DNA of 64,000 nt from Alphaproteobacteria bacterium. Lineage in GTDB: Bacteria; Pseudomonadota; Alphaproteobacteria; MPNO01. The position numbers and the translations under genes were made by a program. The DNA lies in the NCBI GenBank assembly GCA_964291675.2, contig OZ219866.1, positions 2,880,001 through 2,944,000 on the forward strand. The letters are read 5' to 3'. Under the pieces are notes generated by a model that had not been told where the DNA came from, searched no databases, and was given only the letters and a program-made list of their open reading frames with translations. Positions 30,628 to 39,882 of the stretch are shown in pieces (position 1 is the first letter of the stretch; the number at the start of each line of letters is the position of its first letter).

Positions 30628-31596
30628 ATGACGCAGGCCCTGGTGGTTCACCAATATGGCGGCCCGGAGGTGCTGACGCCGGAAGACGTGGCGGTCGCCG
30701 CGCCCGGCCCGGGCCAGGTGCTGCTGCGCCACAGCGCGATCGGCGTCAACATGGCCGACACCTATCGCCGCCGCGGGGTGTACCCGCTGACCCTCCCGGT
30801 GATCGTGGGCTCCGAGGGCGCCGGCACGGTCGAGGCGGTGGGACCCGACGTGGAGGGGCTGGCCGTGGGCGACCGGGTCGCCTATGCCGGGCCGCTCGGC
30901 TCTTACGCCGGAGAACGGCTGATCGCCGCCGACAAGGTTGTCCGCCTGCCGGACGGGATCGACGAGCGCATCGCGGCGGCGACGATGCTGAAGGGGCTCA
31001 CCGTCCACTACCTGCTCTACTGGACCTACGCCGTGCAGCCGGGCGACGTTGTGGTGATCCACGCCGCCGCCGGCGGGGTCGGGCTGATCTTCTGCCAATG
31101 GGCCAGGCATCTCGGCGCGACGGTGATCGGCACCGTCGGCTCGGACGAGAAGGCGGCACTCGCCGCGCGCCACGGCTGCGACCACCCCATCGTGTACACG
31201 CGCGAGAACTTCGCCGACCGGGTGCTGGAGCTCACCGGCGGGGCGGGGGCGCACGCGGTCTACGATTCGATCGCCCGGGACACGTTCCTCGATTCGATCC
31301 GCTGCACCCGGGCGCGCGGCACCATCGCCGGGTTCGGCCAGGCTTCGGGACCGTTCCCCGAGCTCGATACCGGGCTCTTGCAGCAGGGCTCGAAATTCGT
31401 CACCCGGCCCGGACTCGCCGACCACATCGCCACCCGCGAGATGATCGAGACCGCGTCGGCGCGGTTGTTCGACCTGGTCGGGCGCGGCATCGTCACGATC
31501 AACGTCAACCAGGAATGGCCGCTCGCCGAGGCCGCCGAGGCGCACCGGGCGCTGGAGGCCCGCGCCACCACCGGCTCGACCATCCTGATCCCCTGA
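30628..31596 (+). CDS. qor: NADPH:quinone oxidoreductase (zeta-crystallin/Qor)
   Basis: GGPEVL, GSEGAG, HAAAGGVG and TTGSTIL. Confidence 0.9.
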   Translation: MTQALVVHQYGGPEVLTPEDVAVAAPGPGQVLLRHSAIGVNMADTYRRRGVYPLTLPVIVGSEGAGTVEAVGPDVEGLAVGDRVAYAGPLGSYAGERLIAADKVVRLPDGIDERIAAATMLKGLTVHYLLYWTYAVQPGDVVVIHAAAGGVGLIFCQWARHLGATVIGTVGSDEKAALAARHGCDHPIVYTRENFADRVLELTGGAGAHAVYDSIARDTFLDSIRCTRARGTIAGFGQASGPFPELDTGLLQQGSKFVTRPGLADHIATREMIETASARLFDLVGRGIVTINVNQEWPLAEAAEAHRALEARATTGSTILIP

Positions 31597-31607
31597 GGGA
31601 GGGCGCG

Positions 31608-33011
31608 ATGAACAAGGATCTCAGGACGTTCCTCGCCGAGGCCCGGCAGATGGGTCCGGAGTATTTCGCCACCGTCACCCGCCCGGTCGATCCGATCTAC
31701 GAGCCCTGCGTGATCCAGCAGAAGCTCGCCGCCCGCGACGAGTACCCGGTCATCCGCTTCGAGAAGGTCAACGGCTCGGAGCTCCCGCTGGTGACCAACC
31801 TGTTCGGCAAGTACGAGCTCCTCGGCCTCGCGCTCGGCGTCGATCCAGACCGGCCGAAATCGGAGATCCTCGACCGCTTCCGCGCGCGCGTGGCGAAGCC
31901 CGTCCCCACCGAAGCGGTCGCCCGCGAGGACGCGCCGGTAAAGCAGGTCGTCATCGCCCGCGACGAGGTCGATCTCGGCAAGCTCCCCATCGTCAAGCAT
32001 GCGGTGAAGAACTCGGGCAAGTACATCGCCATCGGCTGCCTGGTGGTCAGGGACCCGGAGACCGGGGTGCTCAACGCCGGGGTCTACCGCCACGAGATCA
32101 AGGGCAGGGCCGAGCTCGCCTGCATGTTCAACCCGGCCCACCACGCGGGCTACATCTACCGCAAGTACCGCGAGATGAATAAGCCGATGGACGCGGTGCT
32201 GTTCATCGGCCACCACCCGGCCGCCATCCTCGGCACGCTGTCCAAGCAGCCCTTCGACTCCGACGAGTACGAGATGATGGGCGCGCTGATGGGCGAGCCG
32301 CTCGAGGTGGTCGACGGCGAGACGGTCGACATCCCGGTGCCGGCCTGGGCGGAGATCGCCATCGAGGGCTTCCTCGACCCGGCGAAGGAGACCGCCGACG
32401 GCCCGTTCTCCGAGTACACCGGGTTCTACGGCCCGGCCAAGGACCCGGTCGGGCTGATGCAGGTGACCGGGATCACCATGCGCCGGGACGCGATCTACCA
32501 CGACCTCGACCCGTCGCATCGCGAGCACAACCTGGCCGGCGCGCTGACCTTCGAGACCGCGCTCTACAACGCGGTCGCCAAGCTCGTCCCCTCGGTCACC
32601 GGCGTCCACCTGCCGCCCTCCGGCAACTGCACCTTCACCGCCTATATCAAGATCCGCAAGCGGGTGCCGGGCGAGGGCAAGTCGGCCGGCATGGCGGCGC
32701 TGGCCGGCGATCCCAACGTCAAGATCGCCATCGTGGTCGACGACGAGATCGACATCTACAACGACTCCGACGTGCTGTGGGCGGTCTCCACCCACGTCCA
32801 GGCCGACCGCGACGTGACCGCCATCCCGTTCGCCATGGGCGCCCATCTCGACCCCTCGGCATATGGCGAGGTCAGGACCGAGAAGGGGCCCATGCAGACC
32901 AAGATGATCGTCGACGCGACCCGCCCGGCGACGCTCCCCTTCGCCGACCGCATCGTGCCGCCGAAGGAGGCGTGGGAGCGAATCCGCCTGGAAGACTATC
33001 TCGACGGCTAG
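31608..33011 (+). CDS. UbiD family (prFMN-dependent) decarboxylase
   Basis: NAGVYR, VPAWAEIAIEG, DGPFSEYTGFY, IVVDDEIDI and KMIVDAT. Confidence 0.9.
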   Translation: MNKDLRTFLAEARQMGPEYFATVTRPVDPIYEPCVIQQKLAARDEYPVIRFEKVNGSELPLVTNLFGKYELLGLALGVDPDRPKSEILDRFRARVAKPVPTEAVAREDAPVKQVVIARDEVDLGKLPIVKHAVKNSGKYIAIGCLVVRDPETGVLNAGVYRHEIKGRAELACMFNPAHHAGYIYRKYREMNKPMDAVLFIGHHPAAILGTLSKQPFDSDEYEMMGALMGEPLEVVDGETVDIPVPAWAEIAIEGFLDPAKETADGPFSEYTGFYGPAKDPVGLMQVTGITMRRDAIYHDLDPSHREHNLAGALTFETALYNAVAKLVPSVTGVHLPPSGNCTFTAYIKIRKRVPGEGKSAGMAALAGDPNVKIAIVVDDEIDIYNDSDVLWAVSTHVQADRDVTAIPFAMGAHLDPSAYGEVRTEKGPMQTKMIVDATRPATLPFADRIVPPKEAWERIRLEDYLDG

Positions 33012-33033
33012 GCCGTCCACGCGGCCCCTCCGA

Positions 33034-33121
33034 CGCCATGCCGGCCCGGCACCCGCGGGTGCGGCGCAGCGGGGGACATCGGCTGCGGGCACCGGATGCC
33101 CGGACATACCCGGCCATGACG
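33034..33121. repeat. Degenerate CGTC-tagged repeat family B
   Basis: CGCCATGCCGG…GATGCCCGGACATACCCGGCCATGACG. Confidence 0.65.
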
Positions 33122-33200
33122 ATTGGGGGAGCGGGCATTCTCTCGCGTTGGGGACGCCGAGCGGCCTACCATGCGGCATCGCGCGGCGGGGAGGCGAGGG

Positions 33201-33986
33201 ATGGTGGCGGAAAAGACGGTCTGGATCACCGGCGCCTCGGGCGGGCTGGGCGAGGCGCTGGCGCATGCCTTCGGCGCGGCCGGGGCGCAGCTGGTGCTGT
33301 CGGCCCGGCGCGCCGGCGAGCTCGACCGGGTGGCGCGGGCGATCGGCCGGTCGGGCGGCGAAGCGCGGGCGCTGCCGATGGACCTCGCCGACCCCGCCTC
33401 GATCGAGGCCGCGACCAGGGCGGTGCGCGCCGAGGGGCGCATCGACTACCTGATCCACAACGCCGGCCAGACCCAGCGCGCGCTGGTCGCCGATGCCGGG
33501 ATCGAAATCTACCGCCGCCTGTTCGAGGTCAATTTCTTCGGGCCGCTGGCGCTCACCCGGGCGGTCATGCCGGCGCTGGCGGGCGGCGGCAAGATCGTCG
33601 TCATCTCCAGCATCGCGGCCTACTACTCCTCGCCCTACCGGTCGGGCTACAACGCCTCGAAGAAGGCGCTGCACGGGCTGTTCGACGCCTTCCGGGCGGA
33701 GGCGCATCGCGACGGAATCGGTGTGCTGCTGGTCGTCCTCGGCAGCGTCAGGACCCGGGTCTCGGTCAACGCGCTCAGGGGCGACGGCAGCCCGTACGGC
33801 CGCATGGATCCGGCGATGGCGGCCGGCATGGACCCCGCCCGGGTCGCCGCCAGGATCCTCCGCGCAGCGGTTTCGGGGCGCGAGGAGATCGCCATCGCGC
33901 CGCTCGGCCAGCGCTGGCTGATGTGGCGCAAGGCGTGGCTCCCGCGCCGCGCCTCGCGCGCCGTCCGGCTGCGCCCGCGCGCCTGA
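33201..33986 (+). CDS. SDR family oxidoreductase
   Basis: TGASGGLG, HNAG and YNASK. Confidence 0.9.
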   Translation: MVAEKTVWITGASGGLGEALAHAFGAAGAQLVLSARRAGELDRVARAIGRSGGEARALPMDLADPASIEAATRAVRAEGRIDYLIHNAGQTQRALVADAGIEIYRRLFEVNFFGPLALTRAVMPALAGGGKIVVISSIAAYYSSPYRSGYNASKKALHGLFDAFRAEAHRDGIGVLLVVLGSVRTRVSVNALRGDGSPYGRMDPAMAAGMDPARVAARILRAAVSGREEIAIAPLGQRWLMWRKAWLPRRASRAVRLRPRA

Positions 33987-34066
33987 CCCGGCCCCCTGCG
34001 CGGTTCGGTCGCAGCCCCGCGGCGCCACGGCCGCGCTAGTCTCGCCCCTCCAATCTCGGAGGAGCC

Positions 34067-35014
34067 ATGGCGAGATCGATCCGCGTGGGCGCGGTGCTGC
34101 TGCTCGCCCTCGCCGGCGCTCTGCCGGCGGCGGCGCAAAGTTTCGAGGAAGCCGCCGCGGCCTACCGCGAGGGCGACTACGCCGCGGCTCGTCGGGGCTT
34201 CCTCGGCCCGGCCGAGCGCGGCAACGTCCTCGCCCAGCTCGCCCTCGGGGTGATCTACGACGAGGGCAGGGGCGTCCGCCAAGACGACGCCGAGGCCGCC
34301 AGATGGTTCCGCCGCGCCGCCGAGCAGGGCAATGCCTACGCGCAGAACAATCTGGGCCTGATGTACGGGGCGGGTCGCGGCGTGCGCCGCGATGCCGCCG
34401 AGTCCGCCAAATGGCTGCGACGCTCGGCCGAACAGGGCCACGTCCTCGCCCAGAACAATCTCGCCAACCTCTACCTCGCCGGCCGCGGCGTCGACCGCGA
34501 CTACGCCGAGGCCGCCAAATGGTACCGGCGCGCCGCCGAGCAGGGTCTTGTGGACGCCCAGTACAATCTCGCCGTCATACATGCCAGGGGCGATGGGGTG
34601 GACCGCGACGCCGCCCAGGCGGTCGAATGGTATCGCCGCGCCGCCGAGCAGGGCCATCGCCGCGCCGCGTTCAGCCTCGCACACATGTATCTCAAGGGCG
34701 AGGGTGTCGACGAGGATCTCGCCCAAGCCGCGACATGGTATCGCCGCGCCGCGGAGCGGGGCGACGGCAACGCCCAGGCGATGATCGGGTTCATGCACGA
34801 GGCCGCCAAGGGCGTGCCGGAGGACCTGGTCGAGGCCTACAAATGGTATGCGCTGGCGCTGTCCCCGGGAAACGCGCCGAGCCCGGAGATGCGCGAAATC
34901 GCGCACCGGGGACAGGCCAGGGTCGAAAAGCGCCTGCCGGACGCCGACCTCTCCCGCGCCCGGCGCCTGGCGCGGGAATGGGAGCCCGAGACCGGCGGGG
35001 ACCGGTCGCGGTAG
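34067..35014 (+). CDS. Secreted Sel1-like repeat protein (6 repeats)
   Basis: Signal peptide and 36-aa repeats G..AQ.NL…G.GV..D…A..WYRRAAEQ. Confidence 0.93.
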   Translation: MARSIRVGAVLLLALAGALPAAAQSFEEAAAAYREGDYAAARRGFLGPAERGNVLAQLALGVIYDEGRGVRQDDAEAARWFRRAAEQGNAYAQNNLGLMYGAGRGVRRDAAESAKWLRRSAEQGHVLAQNNLANLYLAGRGVDRDYAEAAKWYRRAAEQGLVDAQYNLAVIHARGDGVDRDAAQAVEWYRRAAEQGHRRAAFSLAHMYLKGEGVDEDLAQAATWYRRAAERGDGNAQAMIGFMHEAAKGVPEDLVEAYKWYALALSPGNAPSPEMREIAHRGQARVEKRLPDADLSRARRLAREWEPETGGDRSR

Positions 35015-35030
35015 CGTCCTCTGCCTTCCA

Positions 35031-35107
35031 CGTCACGGCGGGACCCGTTCCGGCCATCCACCCAGCGCTTCCGCACATGGGTGCCCGGAACGATTCCGGG
35101 CATGACG
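35031..35107. repeat. CGTC-tagged repeat family B
   Basis: CGTCACGGCGGGACCCGTTCCGGCCATCCAC…GTGCCCGGAACGATTCCGGGCATGACG between convergent genes. Confidence 0.75.
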
Positions 35108-35125
35108 GCCTCCGGCGGGGACGGC

Positions 35126-35965
35126 TCAACCCAGACCGGCGAGGAAATCGGCGACGGCCTCGGCGGTCTCGGCGGGCTTCTCGATGAACGGGATGTGACC
35201 GCCGCCCGGGATCTCGCGATAGGCGGCGCCCGGGATCGCATCGGCGATGATCCGGGAGAACTTCGCGGGGATGAAATAGTCGTTGTCGCCGGTCAGCACC
35301 AGGGTGGGGCAGGCGACGCCGCGGATCTTCGCGGTCCACGACTCCTCGCCCTCCTGGCCCGGCAGGCGGCGGCCCCAATGCAGGATCGAATCGAGGAAGG
35401 CGGTGTAGAGCACGGGCGAGTTCCTGCGCACGTTCTCCTGGTTGGCCCGCATGACGGCGAGCCCCTCGTCGGTGTCCATGAACTCCCGGGTCATGGTCGA
35501 GAGCCCCATGAAGTCGGCGAGCTCCTCCCCCATGCCGATCCTGGCGATGATCTTCTTGCGCAGCGAGAAGTTGATCTCCATCGCCCGGTCGAGCTCGGAG
35601 AAGCCGCCGACCACGATCATCGAGCGCACCAGCTCGGGGTGGCGCACCGCCATCGCCTGCGCCACCGACCCGCCGAGCGAGGAGCCCAGCACGTCGACGC
35701 TGGCCCAGCCCGCGTGGCGGGCGAGGGCAGCGAAGTCGTCGGCCCAGAGCTCGGCGCCGTAGGTGACGCCGGAGGGGTCGTCCTTCTGCGACCGCCCGAC
35801 GCCGCGCGGATCGACCAGCACGGTGGTGCAGCCCGCGCGCAGCAGCGGTTCGCCCAGCCGGTAATAGCTGTGGTCCATGCCGAGGCCCGGGAACAGCATC
35901 AGCGGGTGGCCGCCGCCCTGCGCCTGGTACCAGATCTCGGTGCCGTTGACCGCCGCCGTCGGCAT
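35126..35965 (-). CDS. Alpha/beta hydrolase
   Basis: DPRGVGRS, GSSLGG nucleophile, D…GH triad. Confidence 0.9.
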   Translation of the reverse strand: MPTAAVNGTEIWYQAQGGGHPLMLFPGLGMDHSYYRLGEPLLRAGCTTVLVDPRGVGRSQKDDPSGVTYGAELWADDFAALARHAGWASVDVLGSSLGGSVAQAMAVRHPELVRSMIVVGGFSELDRAMEINFSLRKKIIARIGMGEELADFMGLSTMTREFMDTDEGLAVMRANQENVRRNSPVLYTAFLDSILHWGRRLPGQEGEESWTAKIRGVACPTLVLTGDNDYFIPAKFSRIIADAIPGAAYREIPGGGHIPFIEKPAETAEAVADFLAGLG

Positions 35966-35976
35966 GGCGTTCCTCC

Positions 35977-38319
35977 TCAGCCCGCCGCTTCGCGCAGCGC
36001 CTGCCAGATGCAATGCGGGCTCGCCGGGAGCGGGAGTGCGGCCACCCCGCGGGCGGCGAGCGCGTCGAGCACGGCGAGGGTCACCGCCGGGTAGGCGCCC
36101 CCGTTGCCGGCCTCGCCGCAGCCCTTGACGCCGAGCGGGTTGGTGGCGCAGGGCACCGGGTGGGTGGTGAAGTCGACCGCCGCCATGTGGTCGGCCCGCG
36201 GCATGGCGTAATCCATGTAGGAGCCTGTCACGAGCTGGCCGTCCTCGTCATAGACCGTGTTCTCCAGCAGCACCTGGCCGAGCCCCTGGGCGATGCCGCC
36301 ATGCACCTGCCCCTCGACGATCAGCGGGTTGAGCACGGTGCCGAAATCGTCGACCACGGTGTAGCGCTCGATTGCGGCCGCGCCGGTATCGGGGTCGATC
36401 TCGATTTCGCAGACATGGCAGCCATTGGGGAAGCTGATCGGGCTCGTCTGGTGCGAGCGCTTGGCGTCCAGCCCGCCGGCGAGGTCGCCGGGCAGGGCCG
36501 GGTTGGCGCGCGCCGCCTCCGCCAGGCCCATGATGTCGATCGACCGGTCGGTGCCGGCGACGCGGAACGCCCCGTCGGCGAACTCGACGTCCTCGACCGC
36601 GGCCTCCAGCAGGTGACCGGCGATCCGCCGGCCGCGCGCGATTACCGCCTCGCTCGCCTCCAGGATGGCGCCGCCCGTGGCGATCGCCGAGCGCGAGCCG
36701 CCCGATCCGCCGGCGCCGTCGCTCATCTCGTCCGAATCGTGCTGCACGATGCGGATCCGTTCGAACGGCACGCCGAGCGTCCCGCTCAGCACCTGGGCGA
36801 AGGGCGTCGCATGGCCCATGCCGAAATCGCAGGTGCCGGTGACCAGGGTCACCGTGCCGTCCGCCTCGAAGCGGATATCGGCGAGCTCGGTGCCGGGCGC
36901 CGCGGTGGTCTCCAGATAGGGCGCGATGCCGAGCCCGCGCAGCCGGCCCGCTTCCTCGCTCGCCCGCCTGCGTTCGGCGAAGCCCGCGACATCGGCGCGC
37001 GCCATCGCCCGGTCCAGGATCGCCTCGAAGTCGCCCGAATCGTAAGTCAGCCCGACCGGCGTCTCGAACGGCATCTGGTCGGGCCGGACCAGGTTGCGCC
37101 GACGCAGCTCGATCCGGTCGATGCCGGTCTCGGCCGCCGCCTTGTCGATCAGCAGCTCGAGAAAATACTTCGACTCCGGCCGCCCGGCGCCGCGATAGGG
37201 CCCGGTCGGGACGGTGTTGGTGAACACGCATTTGGCGCCGTAGGAGAACAGCGGGGTCTTGTAGACGCTGATGATGTTGCGGCTGACCACCATGGTCACC
37301 GGCCACGGCCCCATGGCGGTGAGATAGGCCCCCATGTCGCCGAGCGCATCGACCTTGAGCGCGAGGAAGTTGCCGTCCTCGTCGAGCGCCAGCGCGAGGT
37401 CGACCGTCATCGCCCGCCCCTGGTGGTCCGACAGGAAGCTCTCCGCGCGGTCGGCGCACCACTTGACCGGGCGGTTCAGCCGGCGCGCCGCGTACATCGC
37501 GCAGATCGCCTCGGCATAGGCCGCGCCCTTCATGCCGAACGAGCCGCCGACATCGTCGCTGACCACGCGGATCTTGTCCGGCGCCACGCCGAAGATGGCG
37601 CCCGCCAGCGTCGCCCGGTAGCCGGTCACGCCCTGGCTGCCGACATGGAGGGTGAACTTTCCGGCGTCGGCGTCGTACTGCGCGAGCGCGGCGCGCGGCT
37701 CCATCGTGTTGACCACCATGCGGGTGTTGTCGAGGCGGATGCGGGTCACGTGACGGGCGTCCGCCAGCGCCGCCTCGACCGCCGCCTCGTCGCCCATGTG
37801 GAAGTCGAGGAAGACGTTTCCGGGGCAGCACTCCCAGAGCTCGGGCGCGTCCTCGGCAAGCGCGCGCTCGACGGTCGCCGCGGCGGGGAGCGGCGCGACC
37901 TCGAAGCGGATGGCTTCCGCCGCGTCGCGCGCCGCATCGAGGGTCTCCGCGATCACCACCGCCACCGGGTCGCCGACATGGCGCACCCGGCCGATGCTGA
38001 GCGCCGGGCGCGGCGGCACGCTGGGCGCCGAGCCGTCGCGGTTCTTCATCGGCACCGGGCAGGGGATGTGGCCGATGCCGTCGGCTTCGAGGTCGGCCCC
38101 GGTATAGACCGCGAGCACGCCGGGGGCGGCGCGGGCGGCGGCCACGTCGAGCGCCGCGATCTCCCCGTGACCCACCGTCGAGCGCAGGAACGCCGCATGG
38201 GCCTGGCCGGGCGCGCTGACATCGTCGGTGAAGCGGCCGCCGCCCGAGAGCAGGCGCGGGTCCTCGCTGCGCGGGACCGGCTGGCCGATCCCGAATTTGA
38301 GCGCGCTGTCGTCGGGCAT
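35977..38319 (-). CDS. Xanthine dehydrogenase/CoxL-like molybdopterin-binding subunit
   Basis: IGQPVPRSED, VGGSFGMK, PYRGAGRPE, GQVHGGIAQG and GVKGCGEAG. Confidence 0.92.
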   Translation of the reverse strand: MPDDSALKFGIGQPVPRSEDPRLLSGGGRFTDDVSAPGQAHAAFLRSTVGHGEIAALDVAAARAAPGVLAVYTGADLEADGIGHIPCPVPMKNRDGSAPSVPPRPALSIGRVRHVGDPVAVVIAETLDAARDAAEAIRFEVAPLPAAATVERALAEDAPELWECCPGNVFLDFHMGDEAAVEAALADARHVTRIRLDNTRMVVNTMEPRAALAQYDADAGKFTLHVGSQGVTGYRATLAGAIFGVAPDKIRVVSDDVGGSFGMKGAAYAEAICAMYAARRLNRPVKWCADRAESFLSDHQGRAMTVDLALALDEDGNFLALKVDALGDMGAYLTAMGPWPVTMVVSRNIISVYKTPLFSYGAKCVFTNTVPTGPYRGAGRPESKYFLELLIDKAAAETGIDRIELRRRNLVRPDQMPFETPVGLTYDSGDFEAILDRAMARADVAGFAERRRASEEAGRLRGLGIAPYLETTAAPGTELADIRFEADGTVTLVTGTCDFGMGHATPFAQVLSGTLGVPFERIRIVQHDSDEMSDGAGGSGGSRSAIATGGAILEASEAVIARGRRIAGHLLEAAVEDVEFADGAFRVAGTDRSIDIMGLAEAARANPALPGDLAGGLDAKRSHQTSPISFPNGCHVCEIEIDPDTGAAAIERYTVVDDFGTVLNPLIVEGQVHGGIAQGLGQVLLENTVYDEDGQLVTGSYMDYAMPRADHMAAVDFTTHPVPCATNPLGVKGCGEAGNGGAYPAVTLAVLDALAARGVAALPLPASPHCIWQALREAAG

Positions 38320-38327
38320 CGCGGCGG

Positions 38328-39038
38328 CTATTCGGCGGCTTGTTCTTCGTTGCGCCGCGTCGACGCCTCGAGCCGGGCGATCAGCTCGTCGGTCTCCTGC
38401 ACGTCGCCGAAATGGAGGTAGAAATTGCCCAGCGCCGCCGCGTGCTCGGAATCGCTCATCGTCGCGCAGCCGTCCGAGACCATCAGCGAGCGGTAGTTCA
38501 GCATCATCGCGTCGCGCGCCGTCGATTCGCAGCACACGTTGGTCGCCACCCCGGTCACGATGAGGGTCTCGATCTCGCGGTCGCGCAGCACGTTCTCGAT
38601 ATTCGACGAGCCCTGGATGAAGGCGCTGAAGCGCCGCTTGACGACGATCTCGTCCTCGTCGCGCACGTCGAGGGTGGGCCAGAGCTGGAACGCCCGCGAG
38701 CCGCGCTTCATGGCGTTCAGGCGTTGCTCGCGCTTCTCCGGCAGCAGGCGCTCATGCGTGACCGACCAGCTCTTGAGCGACTCGCGGGTCGCCAGGTTCT
38801 GCAGCCAGACCACCATCCCGCCGGCGGCTCTCACCGCCGCGGCGAGGCGGTTGACGTTGGGCACGATCTCCTGGGCCACCGGCGCCGCGCCGAGCTGGCC
38901 CTCCTCCATGAAATAGATCTGCATGTCGACCACCACCAGCGCCGTCTTCGGGCCGTCGAAGGTCTCGCAGGTATGCGGCCGTCCCTGGCGCTCGACCATC
39001 CGGTCGACATAGTCCTTGGGCATCTCGAAAGGGTGCAT
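38328..39038 (-). CDS. Cysteine hydrolase/isochorismatase family (RutB-like)
   Basis: VVDMQ, KRRFSAF and TNVCCEST (Asp-Lys-Cys triad). Confidence 0.9.
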   Translation of the reverse strand: MHPFEMPKDYVDRMVERQGRPHTCETFDGPKTALVVVDMQIYFMEEGQLGAAPVAQEIVPNVNRLAAAVRAAGGMVVWLQNLATRESLKSWSVTHERLLPEKREQRLNAMKRGSRAFQLWPTLDVRDEDEIVVKRRFSAFIQGSSNIENVLRDREIETLIVTGVATNVCCESTARDAMMLNYRSLMVSDGCATMSDSEHAAALGNFYLHFGDVQETDELIARLEASTRRNEEQAAE

Positions 39039-39221
39039 CAACGCCTCCGCGGTTGGCTCGGGCGACTATAGGTCCGCCGCCCCCGCGCGGCAATCGCGCC
39101 CACCCGGGCGGTCTTGCAATGTCAGGGCAATCTGGCCACGATGACCGCGACGCCGCTGCGGTCCGGCACGGCGAAGGACGCGCGGGCCGCCAACGAAGAC
39201 AGAACGGTTGCGGGGACGGCC

Positions 39222-39830
39222 ATGAGCGATACCAGCCAGCAGAACGGCTCGGCCTTGGCGCGGATTGCCGACGCCTTGCACCCATTCGTCAGCGCCGGGG
39301 TGGTCAGCCTGCCGCGGCTCATCATCGGCTCGCTGATCCTGTTCGGGATCGCGATCAACTTCGCCAACATCCTCGGCCGCTATCTGTTCCTCGCGCCGAT
39401 CGTCTGGGCCGAGGAGATCATGATCTACTCGATGGTCTGGATGGTGTTCATCGGCGCGGTGCTGGTGAGCTGGGACGGCCACCACCTCAGGATGGACTTC
39501 TTTTCCATCATGCTGCCCTCGCCGTTCAAGGAGATCATGAACTTCGCCGGCGTGGTCTGCTTCCTGCTGGTGTGCATCTTCGTCCTGCCCCAGACCTTCA
39601 CGGTGACCGAGCTGATGTACCGGCTCGACCAGCGTAGCGTGGTCGCCGAGATCCCCATGGTGATCCCGCATTTCGCCATCCTGCTCGGCTTCATCATGAT
39701 GTTCGTCGTCATCGTCTGGCGCTTCCGCCGGCTGGTCACCGGCGACCTCACCAGCGAGGTCGAGGACCTGATCGCGGCGACCGAACAGCAGCAGGAAGAA
39801 GCGAAGCGCCGGGCGGAATCCGGCGGCTGA
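39222..39830 (+). CDS. TRAP transporter small permease (DctQ)
   Basis: RYLFLAPIVWAEE, WMVFIGA, HLRMD; start could be 39141. Confidence 0.88.
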   Translation: MSDTSQQNGSALARIADALHPFVSAGVVSLPRLIIGSLILFGIAINFANILGRYLFLAPIVWAEEIMIYSMVWMVFIGAVLVSWDGHHLRMDFFSIMLPSPFKEIMNFAGVVCFLLVCIFVLPQTFTVTELMYRLDQRSVVAEIPMVIPHFAILLGFIMMFVVIVWRFRRLVTGDLTSEVEDLIAATEQQQEEAKRRAESGG

Positions 39831-39882
39831 GCCGCGCCCGGGCAAAGCGAACAAGCGCAGCAGGGTTTGGGGGAGACGGGGA

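Noticed and set aside
29679-33011. Apparent 1110-aa UbiD fusion, and similar long N-terminal extensions on shc, CoxL, MetY, DctP and the CoA ligase
   Set aside because: The extensions overlap other real genes in different frames; internal starts give normal-sized proteins.
28780-34028. Very long antisense ORFs (921 and 922 aa) and many similar shadow ORFs across the window
   Set aside because: They lie opposite well-supported genes, are Arg/Ala/Gly/Pro-rich and lack motifs; this is expected at such high GC.
34220-34860. Regularly spaced DNA repeats that could suggest a CRISPR array
   Set aside because: The period is 108 bp, in frame, and corresponds to Sel1 protein repeats.
35977-38319. True aerobic CO dehydrogenase
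   Set aside because: Lacks the AYRCSFR active-site loop and the coxM/coxS context.
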